DNA of 64,000 nucleotides from Botryllus schlosseri (Eukaryota): NCBI GenBank assembly GCA_051294905.1, contig CM119374.1, positions 14,446,001 to 14,510,000 of the forward strand, read 5' to 3'. Shown piece by piece: positions 1 to 9,272 of this stretch (position 1 is its first letter; each line of letters starts with the position of its first letter). The notes under the pieces were generated by a model. It saw only the letters and a program-made list of their open reading frames with translations, ran no database searches and was not told where the DNA came from. The position numbers and the translations under genes were made by a program.

Positions 1-369
1 CTTATATCTATGCTACTTGTGGAACCGATGCAAGCGCAGTTTAATGCAGCATAATTTGTAGGATCCGCTCTATGCTTAGGTAGAGAATCGCTTTGATCAA
101 TGTTCGACATGGCTATTCGAATTGATATACTCTCATGATCAGTATGCTTATATAGATATTGAGCTATGCACCATCGAAAATGTGCTTGGTACCGATCGAA
201 TGATAGGCCCCGAGGTCGTATCACGGAAATTAGAACGTCGACTGCTCACAGAAAAAGACACGTACCTCATATCCGTTCCTGGTACGTATTATCATTAATT
301 AGAATGCTAGTAAGAATGCCACGAGTACAATCACGCGCTCTCCGCGTGCAAAGCGCATGTAGTTCACTA

Positions 370-378
370 TATAAGAGA
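370..378 (+). promoter_or_regulatory. TATA-like motif TATAAGAGA upstream of viral ORF1
   Basis: TATATAAGAGA lies 44 nt before ATG 414. The identical 9-mer lies 44 nt before the integrase ATG. Confidence 0.55.
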
Positions 379-413
379 GGCTCGAATACGAACTAAACTA
401 TACTGCTAAAAGG

Positions 414-1655
414 ATGTCGACAATGGAGAAAGCAAGCGACGTAGTTAGCGAATCAACAACTATGATTCCTGATAATCAAGCAGATACATTACCGATTGGT
501 GGTTTCGATTCCGATGTCGATGCAGAATTGATCGAAGTTACGATTGCAGCTGAAAAGAGTAAAGAGACGGAAGCTAGTGATGATGACGTAACAATTATTG
601 ATGAGGCAGTGGCGCAATCTAATGAGACTCACTCGGTAGACATGATGACTCCAATCAATATGGGTATACCACGACCGGTGATGGGACCAAGTGAACCTAA
701 ATCTAAGCGCAGACTCGACTTCGATAAGAGCATACTACCAGTTGGTGCTCAATTTACGCCTCCACAGAGTACTGATAACTCGTCAGCTGTGAGCAGTGCC
801 CAAAGCCCACCTCACTCACCGATCATCGCCCCATGGAGAGTTTATTCGTCCCCTTTTCGCAATAAGCGACGTCGTATCGCTAATAACGTATTGGACGAGG
901 AAAAGTTTGATGGTCTGATTTATAATTTGGATTACCCTCTACTTACGATTGATGATGGTGTATTATTTTTCCGTTCTCTTGAGCAGAATATCGAGGAGGT
1001 GTTGTTTGTTGATCGAAAACGGAGCCCTAATTTTCTCCGTGCTGTGTTCATTATCACCCTAATGGAGGGTCATATGCATAAGAAATATTTTGCGCCTCAC
1101 TTCTTTATAGAAGGCAAAAATCAAACAGGGAAAGAAGTGTTGATCGATTTGTTGCTCTCTGACGATATCGCCAACTTCCTAGATCCTTTTCATCCGAATC
1201 TAGAGGCGTTCAAATTTCACAATACCGAGAAATCTATTTCAGTGATGCGCAATTGTGGGTCTCTATTTTTCGATAACAAGATGTTGCAGGAAGCCATTAT
1301 GTACATTCATCGCAATCATTTGCAGTCTGCTTACGGACGAGTAAAGCCGTCGTCGTTTTGGCTCGTTTCTGAAATTCAGAATGGTAGTGAAGTTATGTTA
1401 CGCAATTTGGGTGGGATGTTTCAATCTAGCACAGTGATTATTCGCTTCGGTAATCAGTGTTATCCTTGCTACTTGCCTGAGATGAATAAGCATGCTCGCC
1501 GTAAAATCATACATGATATATTTGCTCGTACATTCATACCGTCAGATTCCGAATTTGAGAGTGATTCCTCTTATGTTGAAAACGATGTGCATGCACGTGA
1601 ATTTTACGCTAAATTCGATGAGCTCAAACGACAGTACAATGACTGGTATATTTGA
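414..1655 (+). CDS. Polinton accessory protein, 413 aa, unknown function (disordered acidic/SP-rich N-terminus, NLS, globular C-terminus)
   Basis: Long intact ORF co-oriented with the viral genes. Contains KRRLDF, RNKRRR and several S/T-P sites. Confidence 0.8.
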   Translation: MSTMEKASDVVSESTTMIPDNQADTLPIGGFDSDVDAELIEVTIAAEKSKETEASDDDVTIIDEAVAQSNETHSVDMMTPINMGIPRPVMGPSEPKSKRRLDFDKSILPVGAQFTPPQSTDNSSAVSSAQSPPHSPIIAPWRVYSSPFRNKRRRIANNVLDEEKFDGLIYNLDYPLLTIDDGVLFFRSLEQNIEEVLFVDRKRSPNFLRAVFIITLMEGHMHKKYFAPHFFIEGKNQTGKEVLIDLLLSDDIANFLDPFHPNLEAFKFHNTEKSISVMRNCGSLFFDNKMLQEAIMYIHRNHLQSAYGRVKPSSFWLVSEIQNGSEVMLRNLGGMFQSSTVIIRFGNQCYPCYLPEMNKHARRKIIHDIFARTFIPSDSEFESDSSYVENDVHAREFYAKFDELKRQYNDWYI

Positions 1656-1674
1656 TTTGTTTTCTCAGATTAAT

Positions 1675-2010
1675 ATGGAACCTTTTAATTGTGGTAAAGA
1701 TCTAAATATGTTGTTACAACAATACGGCCCGGGAGAGACAAGACGTACGCGAGATGCTACGACCGCTACCTTTGAAGGTTTTATTGATGACGATATCAAG
1801 AGAGTTGCCACTTGGCGAAAAATGGTCTCATTGGAAGGATATGGGGAATGGCAAAAAGATTTTCTCGTTATAGCAAAAAATGTGCTTAAAGATATCGATA
1901 AATTTGCTCCCAACGCCGATGAACTACGTAACCTAGAAAATATCAAATTCCTGTTCCTTTATGAAGCTTTCAAGTGTAAATTGCGTTTGAAATATGGAAT
2001 AAATTTGTGA
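1675..2010 (+). CDS. Polinton small hypothetical protein (~111 aa)
   Basis: ATG 1675 fills the gap between ORF1 and PolB. The ORF-track extension to 1492 overlaps ORF1 and is probably not used. Confidence 0.6.
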   Translation: MEPFNCGKDLNMLLQQYGPGETRRTRDATTATFEGFIDDDIKRVATWRKMVSLEGYGEWQKDFLVIAKNVLKDIDKFAPNADELRNLENIKFLFLYEAFKCKLRLKYGINL

Positions 2011-2043
2011 ATGTGTATTTTTGCAGAATATACTTAAAACTAT

Positions 2044-5000
2044 ATGGCTCGTCGAAGACGCTACGAAGAAGATGCCAGCTTCATCATCGATGATTCGCTC
2101 GGTTTTAATAACGACGCAACAGAGGTTTTGCAATCGCACTCCAACTCGATTATCGATTCCGAATGGGTTAACAGCAGGAGGGTTGCGAGAGGTGCGAGAG
2201 AGGCAATCAATGTACGCCTGATCGGGAGAGGTATGAATGATATTCATGCGCGCATGTCATCGATATACCCGAGAAGATTGCGACAATTCAAAGCTAACTA
2301 TGCATACGGCTTCTTGCTGTACAATCGAGAGACGGAAAGACATAGCTATTTTCATCCGCAATCAACCCATGCTGTTTTGAACATTCCGCGAGTCATACTT
2401 TCACGTGAGGACTTTGATCGTTTCATCAACGAAATCGATTTATCAGCTGCTTACGAGCAAGCCAGACAAGCCAGACCAGACACCAAGTTTTATTGCGTTG
2501 CAATATTACATATTCAATTTTTCTTGTACGAAATGTCGCGAGTTTTACTGGGCTGCCCTAGTGCATCGATATCTAAGGAACTGTCAAACTGTCGCTATAT
2601 TAGAACGTTTGTTCGACATCAGGACGGAACACAACTGAACGATTCGTTATGCCTCTTCCGTTGCTTATCCCAATTCACCAAGAAAAAACGAGATGAGAAG
2701 CACGTCGCACTATTGGCCTCTCAATTTCGTGAACGTTACCGTATCCCTATAGATGATGGTGTACCGCTCGATGAACTGAGTAAAGTTGAGGAATGTTTTC
2801 AGGTAAAGATACTTGTTTATGAAAAACGCGATCATCAACCATTTTTATTGCGACAATCTGAAGCGACTGGCCCAGTGGTTCATATACACATGGAACGTGC
2901 ACATTCTTGCCTGATCACAAATATTGAACTTTATTCCCAGACATTCTTTTGCGAATCGTGCAAGTTTTTCTTTAAAACCAAGGATAATTTGTCGAAGCAT
3001 ATAAAACGCGAATGCAAAACATCCCAAGGGCGGAAATATGCTAGCGGTGTATACCGTCCTAAACCCACCGTATTCGAGCAATTGGAATCCGAAGGCATTT
3101 TCGTTGAGAACCAAAAGAGATTCTTCCCCTACCGCATGTGTTTTGACTTTGAATCCATGCTCGTGAAGGATGAGCTCAGAGCTAATTCTGCAAAAGTAGA
3201 ATATGTTAATCGGCACGTTCCCGTCTCCGTGTCCTTATCGAATAACGTAACGAATGAAACGAAAACTTTCATATCCGAGGGTTGTCCGCAGACGTTAATC
3301 GATGAAATGATCGGGGAAATTTATCGCGTACAGGAACTCGCCTCAGCCGAAATGCGAGAATCTTTCGCTAATGAAATAATCGAACTTGAGAATTTGATTG
3401 AAGAACGGAAATTGATTGATCCTACCAATAGAAGATCCTATTTGGATCATATCTCGCATCGCCTTCATACGTGGCTCGATCAGATACCCATAATCGGTTT
3501 CAATTCTTCGCGCTATGATCTGAATTTATGCAAGAAATATCTAATCAAATCATTGCACAAGGAAAGCGGATTCTTCGTTTTGAAAAGGAACAGCGCCTAT
3601 TTGACAATCGCAACGCACAGATTACAATTTCTGGATATTTCGCTATTCCTGAGTCCGGGTTATAGTTTGGACGCTTACATGAAGCTATACGGGGATGGGG
3701 TGAACGCAAAATTTTATTTCCCCTACGAATATCTCGATAGCATCGAGCGTCTTGATGAAACGTCGCTACCGAGTCATGAATCGTTTTACAACGCGTTCCG
3801 CAATTCGAATATAACGGAAGAGCAATACGCAGAATGCGTCGCTGTATGGGAACGCGAGGGTATGACCACATTCCGCGATTTTCTCCGATATTACAACGAA
3901 GGTGACGTCATTGGCTTCTTGACCGCGCTAAATAACAATTTCGAATTTTACAAAACGCTTGGCATCGATATGTTCAAGGGTAACGTGAGCCTTCCGAATA
4001 TAGCGAGTAGACTGATGTTTCGTGATTGCTACGATATCACTCTTCTGAATAAGGCCAATGCTGACCTTCACGAAACGATTCTGAACAACTTGGTAGGAGG
4101 TTTATCACAGATTACGTCACGGTACGCTATGGCAGATGAAACGAAAATACGCAGTCTTTGCTACGGTGACAGTGCTAAAACCGTCAAGAAAGTAGTAGGA
4201 TACGATGCAAATGCCTTGTATTTGGGATGCATAAATCAAAATATGCCAACGGGGTACCCTATAAGGTGGATTTATGACGAGGAAAAGCAAAAATTCCATA
4301 AACAGCGCGTTTGGCCTACTCACGCGGAGCGCGAATGGTTGGAATACGAAAGTCACGTTCGTGACATCAAAATTCAGCACGCGTGGAACGGTAGTCAAGT
4401 GAGAATCGGAAATAAGCGCCTATTTGTCGACGGGAACGCCGGTAAACTCATCTTTCAGTACGATGGGTGCTATTACCACGCTTGTAGGAGCTGCTTCCCC
4501 GATAAAGAGAACACCGAGAGGCGTGAACTCACCAAACAAAACACGGAATATTTGGAAAAATTGGGATATACCGTTATCCGAATGAAGGAGTGCGTTTGGA
4601 CGAATATGAAACGAGACCCCGAAATTGCGCAATTTGTCTCAAAGTTCGAGCGTAAAGTCACGAAAGCTTATTATCTCACTGAGGCGCAGTTGCTCAAGCG
4701 CACGCTCGATGGGTCATTTTTCGGCGCAATCGAGTGTGACATTCATTGTCCCGACCATTTAAAATCGAAATTCGAAGAGTTACCTCCTTTTTTCAAACAT
4801 ATGGAAGTAAACGAGTGCGATATCGGTGAACATATGCGTGAATACGCCAAGGAAAACAATATTAAGTTTCCCAAAAAATTTCTGGGCTCTAGTTATTTCA
4901 CGAAAAAACAGTTGTTTAATACGGATTTGCTTCAATGGTACTTGAAAAGCGGCATGATCGTGACTCGCGTATTCCAAGCTGTCGAATATGAACCAAAACA

Positions 5001-5922
5001 AGTTTTCACACCCTTCGTTGAGCGGGTATCCTCTGAGCGTCGCAAAGGCGATGTCCTCCCCAAAGATCCGGCCCGTGAAATGGAGGCGTTGACCTGGAAG
5101 ACGATTGGAAATAGTGCTTTTGGCCGCACTATTCAAAACCCTAATAAATATAGGGAACACGAATACGTTACGTTGGAAGAATTACCATCGCGCGTTGAAA
5201 AAAAATTTTTTGTCGATGCTGTTGAAATTGATAAGAGCGATGAAGGCTTGCTCGAAGTGTCTACGCGTCCGCTAAACATTTGCCACGAAAACCCAATCAT
5301 TGTGGGCTTCTTTATATTCTGCTGTGCCAAGCTGAGAATGCTCCAGTTCCTATATGACTGCCTACATGTGTATTTGGACGATAGCGATTGGGCTTTCCTC
5401 GAAACAGATACTGATTCGGCGTACATAAGCTTAAGCTCCGATACGATCTATTCTCTCATCAAGCCTTCCATGAAAAAACAATTTTTTGAAAATCACGACA
5501 AATGGTTCGTGGCTCGCGCATGTGCAGAGCATAAATGTGATTTTGAACGAGATCCCGTTGGTTTCAAAACTGATAAAGCATGCTGCATTGAGGTTCGCAA
5601 TTACTCGAAGCGTATACCGGGTTTATTCAAAGAAGAGTGGATCGGAGACGGGTTTATAGGGCTCAATTCCAAGACCTATTATTGCAAAGGCGACACCGAT
5701 AAGTACAGCTCGAAAGGGCTTCAAAAAACAGCCAACAAAACTTTCAAAGATTTCAAAGGCATTCTTCAAAATAGATCGATCACGGGTGGTGTAAATAGTG
5801 GTTTTCGTTGCTATGGGAGCGATATGTTTACGTATAAGCAATATCGAAGTGCTTTGAGTTATGGTTATTATAAAAGGATTGTGCTTGATGATGGAATTCA
5901 TACATTGCCTTTATCTCTGTAA
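2044..5922 (+). CDS. polB: Protein-primed family B DNA polymerase with N-terminal TP/vOTU-like region, C2H2 finger and Vsr-like nuclease insertion
   Basis: Exo motifs CFDFES, GFNSSRYD, YNEGDV. Pol motifs GYDANALY, KTIGNSAFG, ETDTDS, KTY. OTU-like DSLCLFRC...HSCLI. Insertion VDG...QYDGCYYH...LGYTVIRMKEC. Confidence 0.97.
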   Translation: MARRRRYEEDASFIIDDSLGFNNDATEVLQSHSNSIIDSEWVNSRRVARGAREAINVRLIGRGMNDIHARMSSIYPRRLRQFKANYAYGFLLYNRETERHSYFHPQSTHAVLNIPRVILSREDFDRFINEIDLSAAYEQARQARPDTKFYCVAILHIQFFLYEMSRVLLGCPSASISKELSNCRYIRTFVRHQDGTQLNDSLCLFRCLSQFTKKKRDEKHVALLASQFRERYRIPIDDGVPLDELSKVEECFQVKILVYEKRDHQPFLLRQSEATGPVVHIHMERAHSCLITNIELYSQTFFCESCKFFFKTKDNLSKHIKRECKTSQGRKYASGVYRPKPTVFEQLESEGIFVENQKRFFPYRMCFDFESMLVKDELRANSAKVEYVNRHVPVSVSLSNNVTNETKTFISEGCPQTLIDEMIGEIYRVQELASAEMRESFANEIIELENLIEERKLIDPTNRRSYLDHISHRLHTWLDQIPIIGFNSSRYDLNLCKKYLIKSLHKESGFFVLKRNSAYLTIATHRLQFLDISLFLSPGYSLDAYMKLYGDGVNAKFYFPYEYLDSIERLDETSLPSHESFYNAFRNSNITEEQYAECVAVWEREGMTTFRDFLRYYNEGDVIGFLTALNNNFEFYKTLGIDMFKGNVSLPNIASRLMFRDCYDITLLNKANADLHETILNNLVGGLSQITSRYAMADETKIRSLCYGDSAKTVKKVVGYDANALYLGCINQNMPTGYPIRWIYDEEKQKFHKQRVWPTHAEREWLEYESHVRDIKIQHAWNGSQVRIGNKRLFVDGNAGKLIFQYDGCYYHACRSCFPDKENTERRELTKQNTEYLEKLGYTVIRMKECVWTNMKRDPEIAQFVSKFERKVTKAYYLTEAQLLKRTLDGSFFGAIECDIHCPDHLKSKFEELPPFFKHMEVNECDIGEHMREYAKENNIKFPKKFLGSSYFTKKQLFNTDLLQWYLKSGMIVTRVFQAVEYEPKQVFTPFVERVSSERRKGDVLPKDPAREMEALTWKTIGNSAFGRTIQNPNKYREHEYVTLEELPSRVEKKFFVDAVEIDKSDEGLLEVSTRPLNICHENPIIVGFFIFCCAKLRMLQFLYDCLHVYLDDSDWAFLETDTDSAYISLSSDTIYSLIKPSMKKQFFENHDKWFVARACAEHKCDFERDPVGFKTDKACCIEVRNYSKRIPGLFKEEWIGDGFIGLNSKTYYCKGDTDKYSSKGLQKTANKTFKDFKGILQNRSITGGVNSGFRCYGSDMFTYKQYRSALSYGYYKRIVLDDGIHTLPLSL

Positions 5923-5925
5923 TAA

Positions 5926-6543
5926 ATGGATCGAATACGTACATTGCATGCTCCGTTTCGGATGATCGTGGCTGGTCCGAGCAGTAGCGGGAAGAGTTAT
6001 TTTACTTATGAGTTGGTGAAGAACGCAGAGAAGATGATTAGACCGCCTCCTGAAAAAATTGTATGGTTGTATAATAATTATCAGGCGTTGTACGATAAAA
6101 TGAAAGGGGTAGAATTTTCGCAAGGGCTCTCCGAGCTCAAAAAGTTACAGAAAGGAAATAGGCACGTTCTCTTGGTGATCGACGACATGATGACGGAAGC
6201 GAAAGAGGCCAGAGATCTATTTACTCGATACAGCCACCACGCAAAGATTAGTGTCGTGTTCATATGTCAAAATTTGTTCTATAGGGGTCAAGGCTTTCGG
6301 GATATGACCTTGAGCGCGAGCTATATCGTGATATTTAAAAATCCCCGTGATGCGAGTCAAATCAGTTTTCTTTCACGTCAAATGTTCCCGGATAAAGCCG
6401 GATTCCTTACGGAGGCTTATAAAAAGGCAACTCGAAAACCGTTCTCGTACATACTGGTCGACGTGACGCAAGAGACAGACGAAAATTATCGTCTTCGCAG
6501 CAAAATATTCCCACATCAAAAGTTGACGGTATATCAACAATAA
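5926..6543 (+). CDS. A32-like (FtsK-HerA) genome packaging ATPase
   Basis: Walker A GPSSSGKS, Walker B LLVIDD, ICQNLF, R..TLSASYIVIFKNPRD. Confidence 0.95.
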   Translation: MDRIRTLHAPFRMIVAGPSSSGKSYFTYELVKNAEKMIRPPPEKIVWLYNNYQALYDKMKGVEFSQGLSELKKLQKGNRHVLLVIDDMMTEAKEARDLFTRYSHHAKISVVFICQNLFYRGQGFRDMTLSASYIVIFKNPRDASQISFLSRQMFPDKAGFLTEAYKKATRKPFSYILVDVTQETDENYRLRSKIFPHQKLTVYQQ

Positions 6544-6578
6544 ATACAGCTCGCTCTGCAGATTTTAGGGCATTCAAC

Positions 6579-6986
6579 ATGTCGAAGAGGGGAAGTAACA
6601 TATCTCGAAAACGATTGAGCGACTATCACGTTAAATTAAAACTTTTGAAAAACGCTAAAGGGAAACAGCGAAAAGAACTTTTATCGAACAATCAATTTTT
6701 AAGTTGCGTTTGCCAGTGCGTTCATAACTTGGCTTCGGGGACAGTACGTATCTCCCCGTCTAGAAAGTTGAGGCTTGGAAAACACAAATCCGATATCAGA
6801 CAATTGCTGGCGCAAAAAACTCGCAGAGGTCAACGGAGGGTGCTACAAAAGGGTGGATTCCTCTCAGGTATAAAAATTATGATAAAATAGCAACTTTTTC
6901 CTAACCAGTCTGTTTTAGCTATATTAGGCGCTGCAATCCCCGTCATCGGGAGTCTGTTGGGTAAACTTTTCGGGAAGAATGCGTGA
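6579..6986 (+). CDS. Small basic virion-type protein with protease-released amphipathic C-terminal peptide; two exons (6579-6867, 6919-6986), 118 aa spliced
   Basis: The unspliced ORF stops at 6890. Removing 6868-6918 (GT...CTAAC...TTTTAG) gives ...QKGG|FLSAILGAAIPVIGSLLGKLFGKNA*. Confidence 0.75.
6868..6918 (+). other. 51-nt spliceosomal intron in viral gene
   Basis: CAG|GTATAA donor, CTAAC branch point 6901-6905, TGTTTTAG acceptor, in-frame TAG at 6888-6890. Confidence 0.75.
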
Positions 6987-7317
6987 ACTACAATTCCCCG
7001 CATTTCGAAGCAAGGACGAATGGGAAAAGAAATTTGATAAACATATATCGAAAATTAAAAGCTCTCCATTGAATGCTTCCGAGAAACTAGCTCTGTATAG
7101 GCATGGTATTGCTCAACTGAGAAACTTGAGAAAAGACGTAGACGCAGCGACCGCCCGCCCTCCCGCCGCACACACGGGGCTCGCGAGCCCCGTAGCGAAA
7201 GAAAAGCGCCCGCAAAAGAAACGCCCGCGCCGGATTCCACAACCTTCGTTTCCCTGGCTTTATAAGAGACAGCGTAAGCCTAATCCCCGTATATACGGGA
7301 AAGAATGGGAGACGTAG
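6979..7317 (+). CDS. Polinton small basic protein (112 aa)
   Basis: ATG overlaps the preceding spliced stop (ATGCGTGA). Motif LNASEKLALY and K/R-rich C-terminus. Confidence 0.7.
   Translation: MRELQFPAFRSKDEWEKKFDKHISKIKSSPLNASEKLALYRHGIAQLRNLRKDVDAATARPPAAHTGLASPVAKEKRPQKKRPRRIPQPSFPWLYKRQRKPNPRIYGKEWET
7261..7269 (+). promoter_or_regulatory. TATA-like motif TATAAGAGA upstream of integrase, after GC boxes
   Basis: Lies 44 nt before ATG 7305, after a GC-rich patch (CCGCCC boxes, palindrome 7174-7193). Confidence 0.5.
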
Positions 7318-8303
7318 ACTATTTTGATCCGAAACAGCCCAAATCGTATAGGGGCGCCTATTTGCAAAAGGAAAAAGAATGGCTTAAAGGACAAGATACT
7401 TATACTTTTCATTTTCCGTTACGTAAGAAATTTAGACGTGAACGTGTAGTGGTCTCTGGTATCAATGCTCAGTTTCAGAGCGATTTGATGGATCTGCAAT
7501 CTATTTCAAAGTACAATAGCGGTTTTCGTTATGTGGTGGTCGTGATTGATATTTTTAGCAAATACCTTTGGATGATAGCGATTAAAAATAAAACTGCTTC
7601 AAGTATGATTTCTGCTTTCAAACGTGTGTTTCGTGAACGCGTACCGTTAGTGTTACAAACCGATCAAGGTAGCGAATATACCAATCGCGCTTTCCAGAAC
7701 TATCTAAAGGAGAACAAAGTTAGATATTTCTATACGAGGAGCGAATTAAAATCCTCTGTCGTCGAAAGAGTGATTCGTACTATGAAGGCGATTATGTATC
7801 GATTTTTCACAAAAAATAACACGAGGAATTACGTGAGCGCTCTCGATGACTTTACTTACTCCTACAACAGGACGTACCATCGTAGCATTGCCATGGCCCC
7901 AAACCAAGTGAATTCGTCTAATCAGGAATCGGTTTGGAGAAGACTTTACGGATTTCAAGAAGCTAAACAACCCGACCTCGCTGTAGGAGTACCCGTCCGT
8001 ATATCGAAAATTCGAAATCTTTTTGAGAAAAGCAGCCTACCCAACTGGCAACGGGAAATTTTCTATATCGCAGACGCCCAAAAGGGAGATCCCCCAATGT
8101 ATCGCTTACGTGATTACGGTGGTGAAGTCATACAGGGTAGATTTTATAGAGAGGAGCTCCAACGCGTAAAAGAACCGCAAACTTGGCGTGTCGAGAAGAT
8201 TATAAGAAGGCGTAAACGCGCGGGACGAGAACAGTATTTAGTGCACTGGTTGGGATATGGAAGTGGATTCGACAGCTGGGTCGATAAGAAGGATATCGTC
8301 TAG
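7305..8303 (+). CDS. Retroviral-like (rve) DDE integrase with C-terminal chromodomain
   Basis: FQSDLMD, LQTDQGSEY, VVERVIRTMK. Chromodomain WRVEKII...YLVHWLGY...DSWV. Confidence 0.96.
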   Translation: MGDVDYFDPKQPKSYRGAYLQKEKEWLKGQDTYTFHFPLRKKFRRERVVVSGINAQFQSDLMDLQSISKYNSGFRYVVVVIDIFSKYLWMIAIKNKTASSMISAFKRVFRERVPLVLQTDQGSEYTNRAFQNYLKENKVRYFYTRSELKSSVVERVIRTMKAIMYRFFTKNNTRNYVSALDDFTYSYNRTYHRSIAMAPNQVNSSNQESVWRRLYGFQEAKQPDLAVGVPVRISKIRNLFEKSSLPNWQREIFYIADAQKGDPPMYRLRDYGGEVIQGRFYREELQRVKEPQTWRVEKIIRRRKRAGREQYLVHWLGYGSGFDSWVDKKDIV

Positions 8304-8466
8304 TCGGAACCTTTATCAGTTTTTGGCGCAACTAGTAATCATACTGGTCATCGTATCGTTCTCTCTCTATAATCTTACCATTTCGAATGGGAACAAAGAG
8401 CTTTGGATATCACTGCTCTCCTCTTGCGTTGGTTATATGCTTCCGAATCCCAAGCTCAAAATATGA
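8257..8466 (+). CDS. Small two-transmembrane viral protein (69 aa)
   Basis: Hydrophobic FLAQLVIILVIVSFSLYNL and LWISLLSSCVGYMLPNP. Its stop overlaps the next ATG (ATGA 8463-8466). Confidence 0.7.
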   Translation: MEVDSTAGSIRRISSSRNLYQFLAQLVIILVIVSFSLYNLTISNGNKELWISLLSSCVGYMLPNPKLKI

Positions 8467-9272
8467 GCTACGTCACGCTATTTTCGAACGCTTCCATGGA
8501 TAAATTTCCTGATAATACAACAGCGAGTTATTGCGTTGAATTGGACGTCCCGAAAAACGTGGAAGATACAGAAGTTTCTCTGGCTGAGATCTCCTTCCCT
8601 ACGGATTATCAAAAACAGTATAGGATCACGAAGAATAGGTATGGGATCAGATCGCAAAAGAGAACAAGAATATTTCATTTTAAATTGGGAGAATACGACT
8701 CGTTATATGACATGTATAGATCGTTGGAAAGAGACAATCCTGATGCAAAAGTAACATGTTTCCCTGAAAATCATAGTATGTCTATCTCTATACCTCATAA
8801 CGAGGTAACCGACAAATTGCGACCAGAGACGGACATAGGGCATAGTAGCTTGCTACGCCTCGGAGAATTGTACGGTGCTCTTATGTATAAGGAAACGAAG
8901 GAGGAGTTATTGGTGTTTCATTTCCCGAATACTAATTGTACATTGTGGAATTATTTTTTCACCGAGGGTATCATTCATTTGAACTTTCGCATGCGACATG
9001 ATCCGACTATCGATTTCGTTTATGTTCATTGTAATATCATTGAGCCACAAGAAGATAGCGGTAGGCTCTTACCGTTGTTACGCGTCGTACAGGTAAACGA
9101 TCGTAAATCATTTTCGAAATATTACACGAAGCCTTTTTATTTCCCTGTTAATATAAATAGGCTAGAACGCGTCGAAATATCGCTACTTGATGAGAAGGGA
9201 CAGAAAATACCCTTTCGAAGTTCTCCTTCGAGTGTTGTATTGCATTTTCGTAGACGGGGAGTTGCATTATGA
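8463..9272 (+). CDS. Minor capsid protein (penton, single jelly roll), copy 1
   Basis: Starts MSYVTLFSNASMDKFPDNT (true start likely 8463, not 8403). C-terminal YVHCNIIEPQ...PLLR...YFPV...IPF...VLHFR. Confidence 0.85.
   Translation: MSYVTLFSNASMDKFPDNTTASYCVELDVPKNVEDTEVSLAEISFPTDYQKQYRITKNRYGIRSQKRTRIFHFKLGEYDSLYDMYRSLERDNPDAKVTCFPENHSMSISIPHNEVTDKLRPETDIGHSSLLRLGELYGALMYKETKEELLVFHFPNTNCTLWNYFFTEGIIHLNFRMRHDPTIDFVYVHCNIIEPQEDSGRLLPLLRVVQVNDRKSFSKYYTKPFYFPVNINRLERVEISLLDEKGQKIPFRSSPSSVVLHFRRRGVAL

Noticed and set aside
166-396. 76-aa ORF upstream of ORF1
   Set aside because: Overlaps the putative promoter and shows no protein features.
6907-6908. Alternative acceptor AG for the viral intron
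   Set aside because: Only 3-4 nt from the branch A, and it shifts the frame away from the amphipathic peptide.
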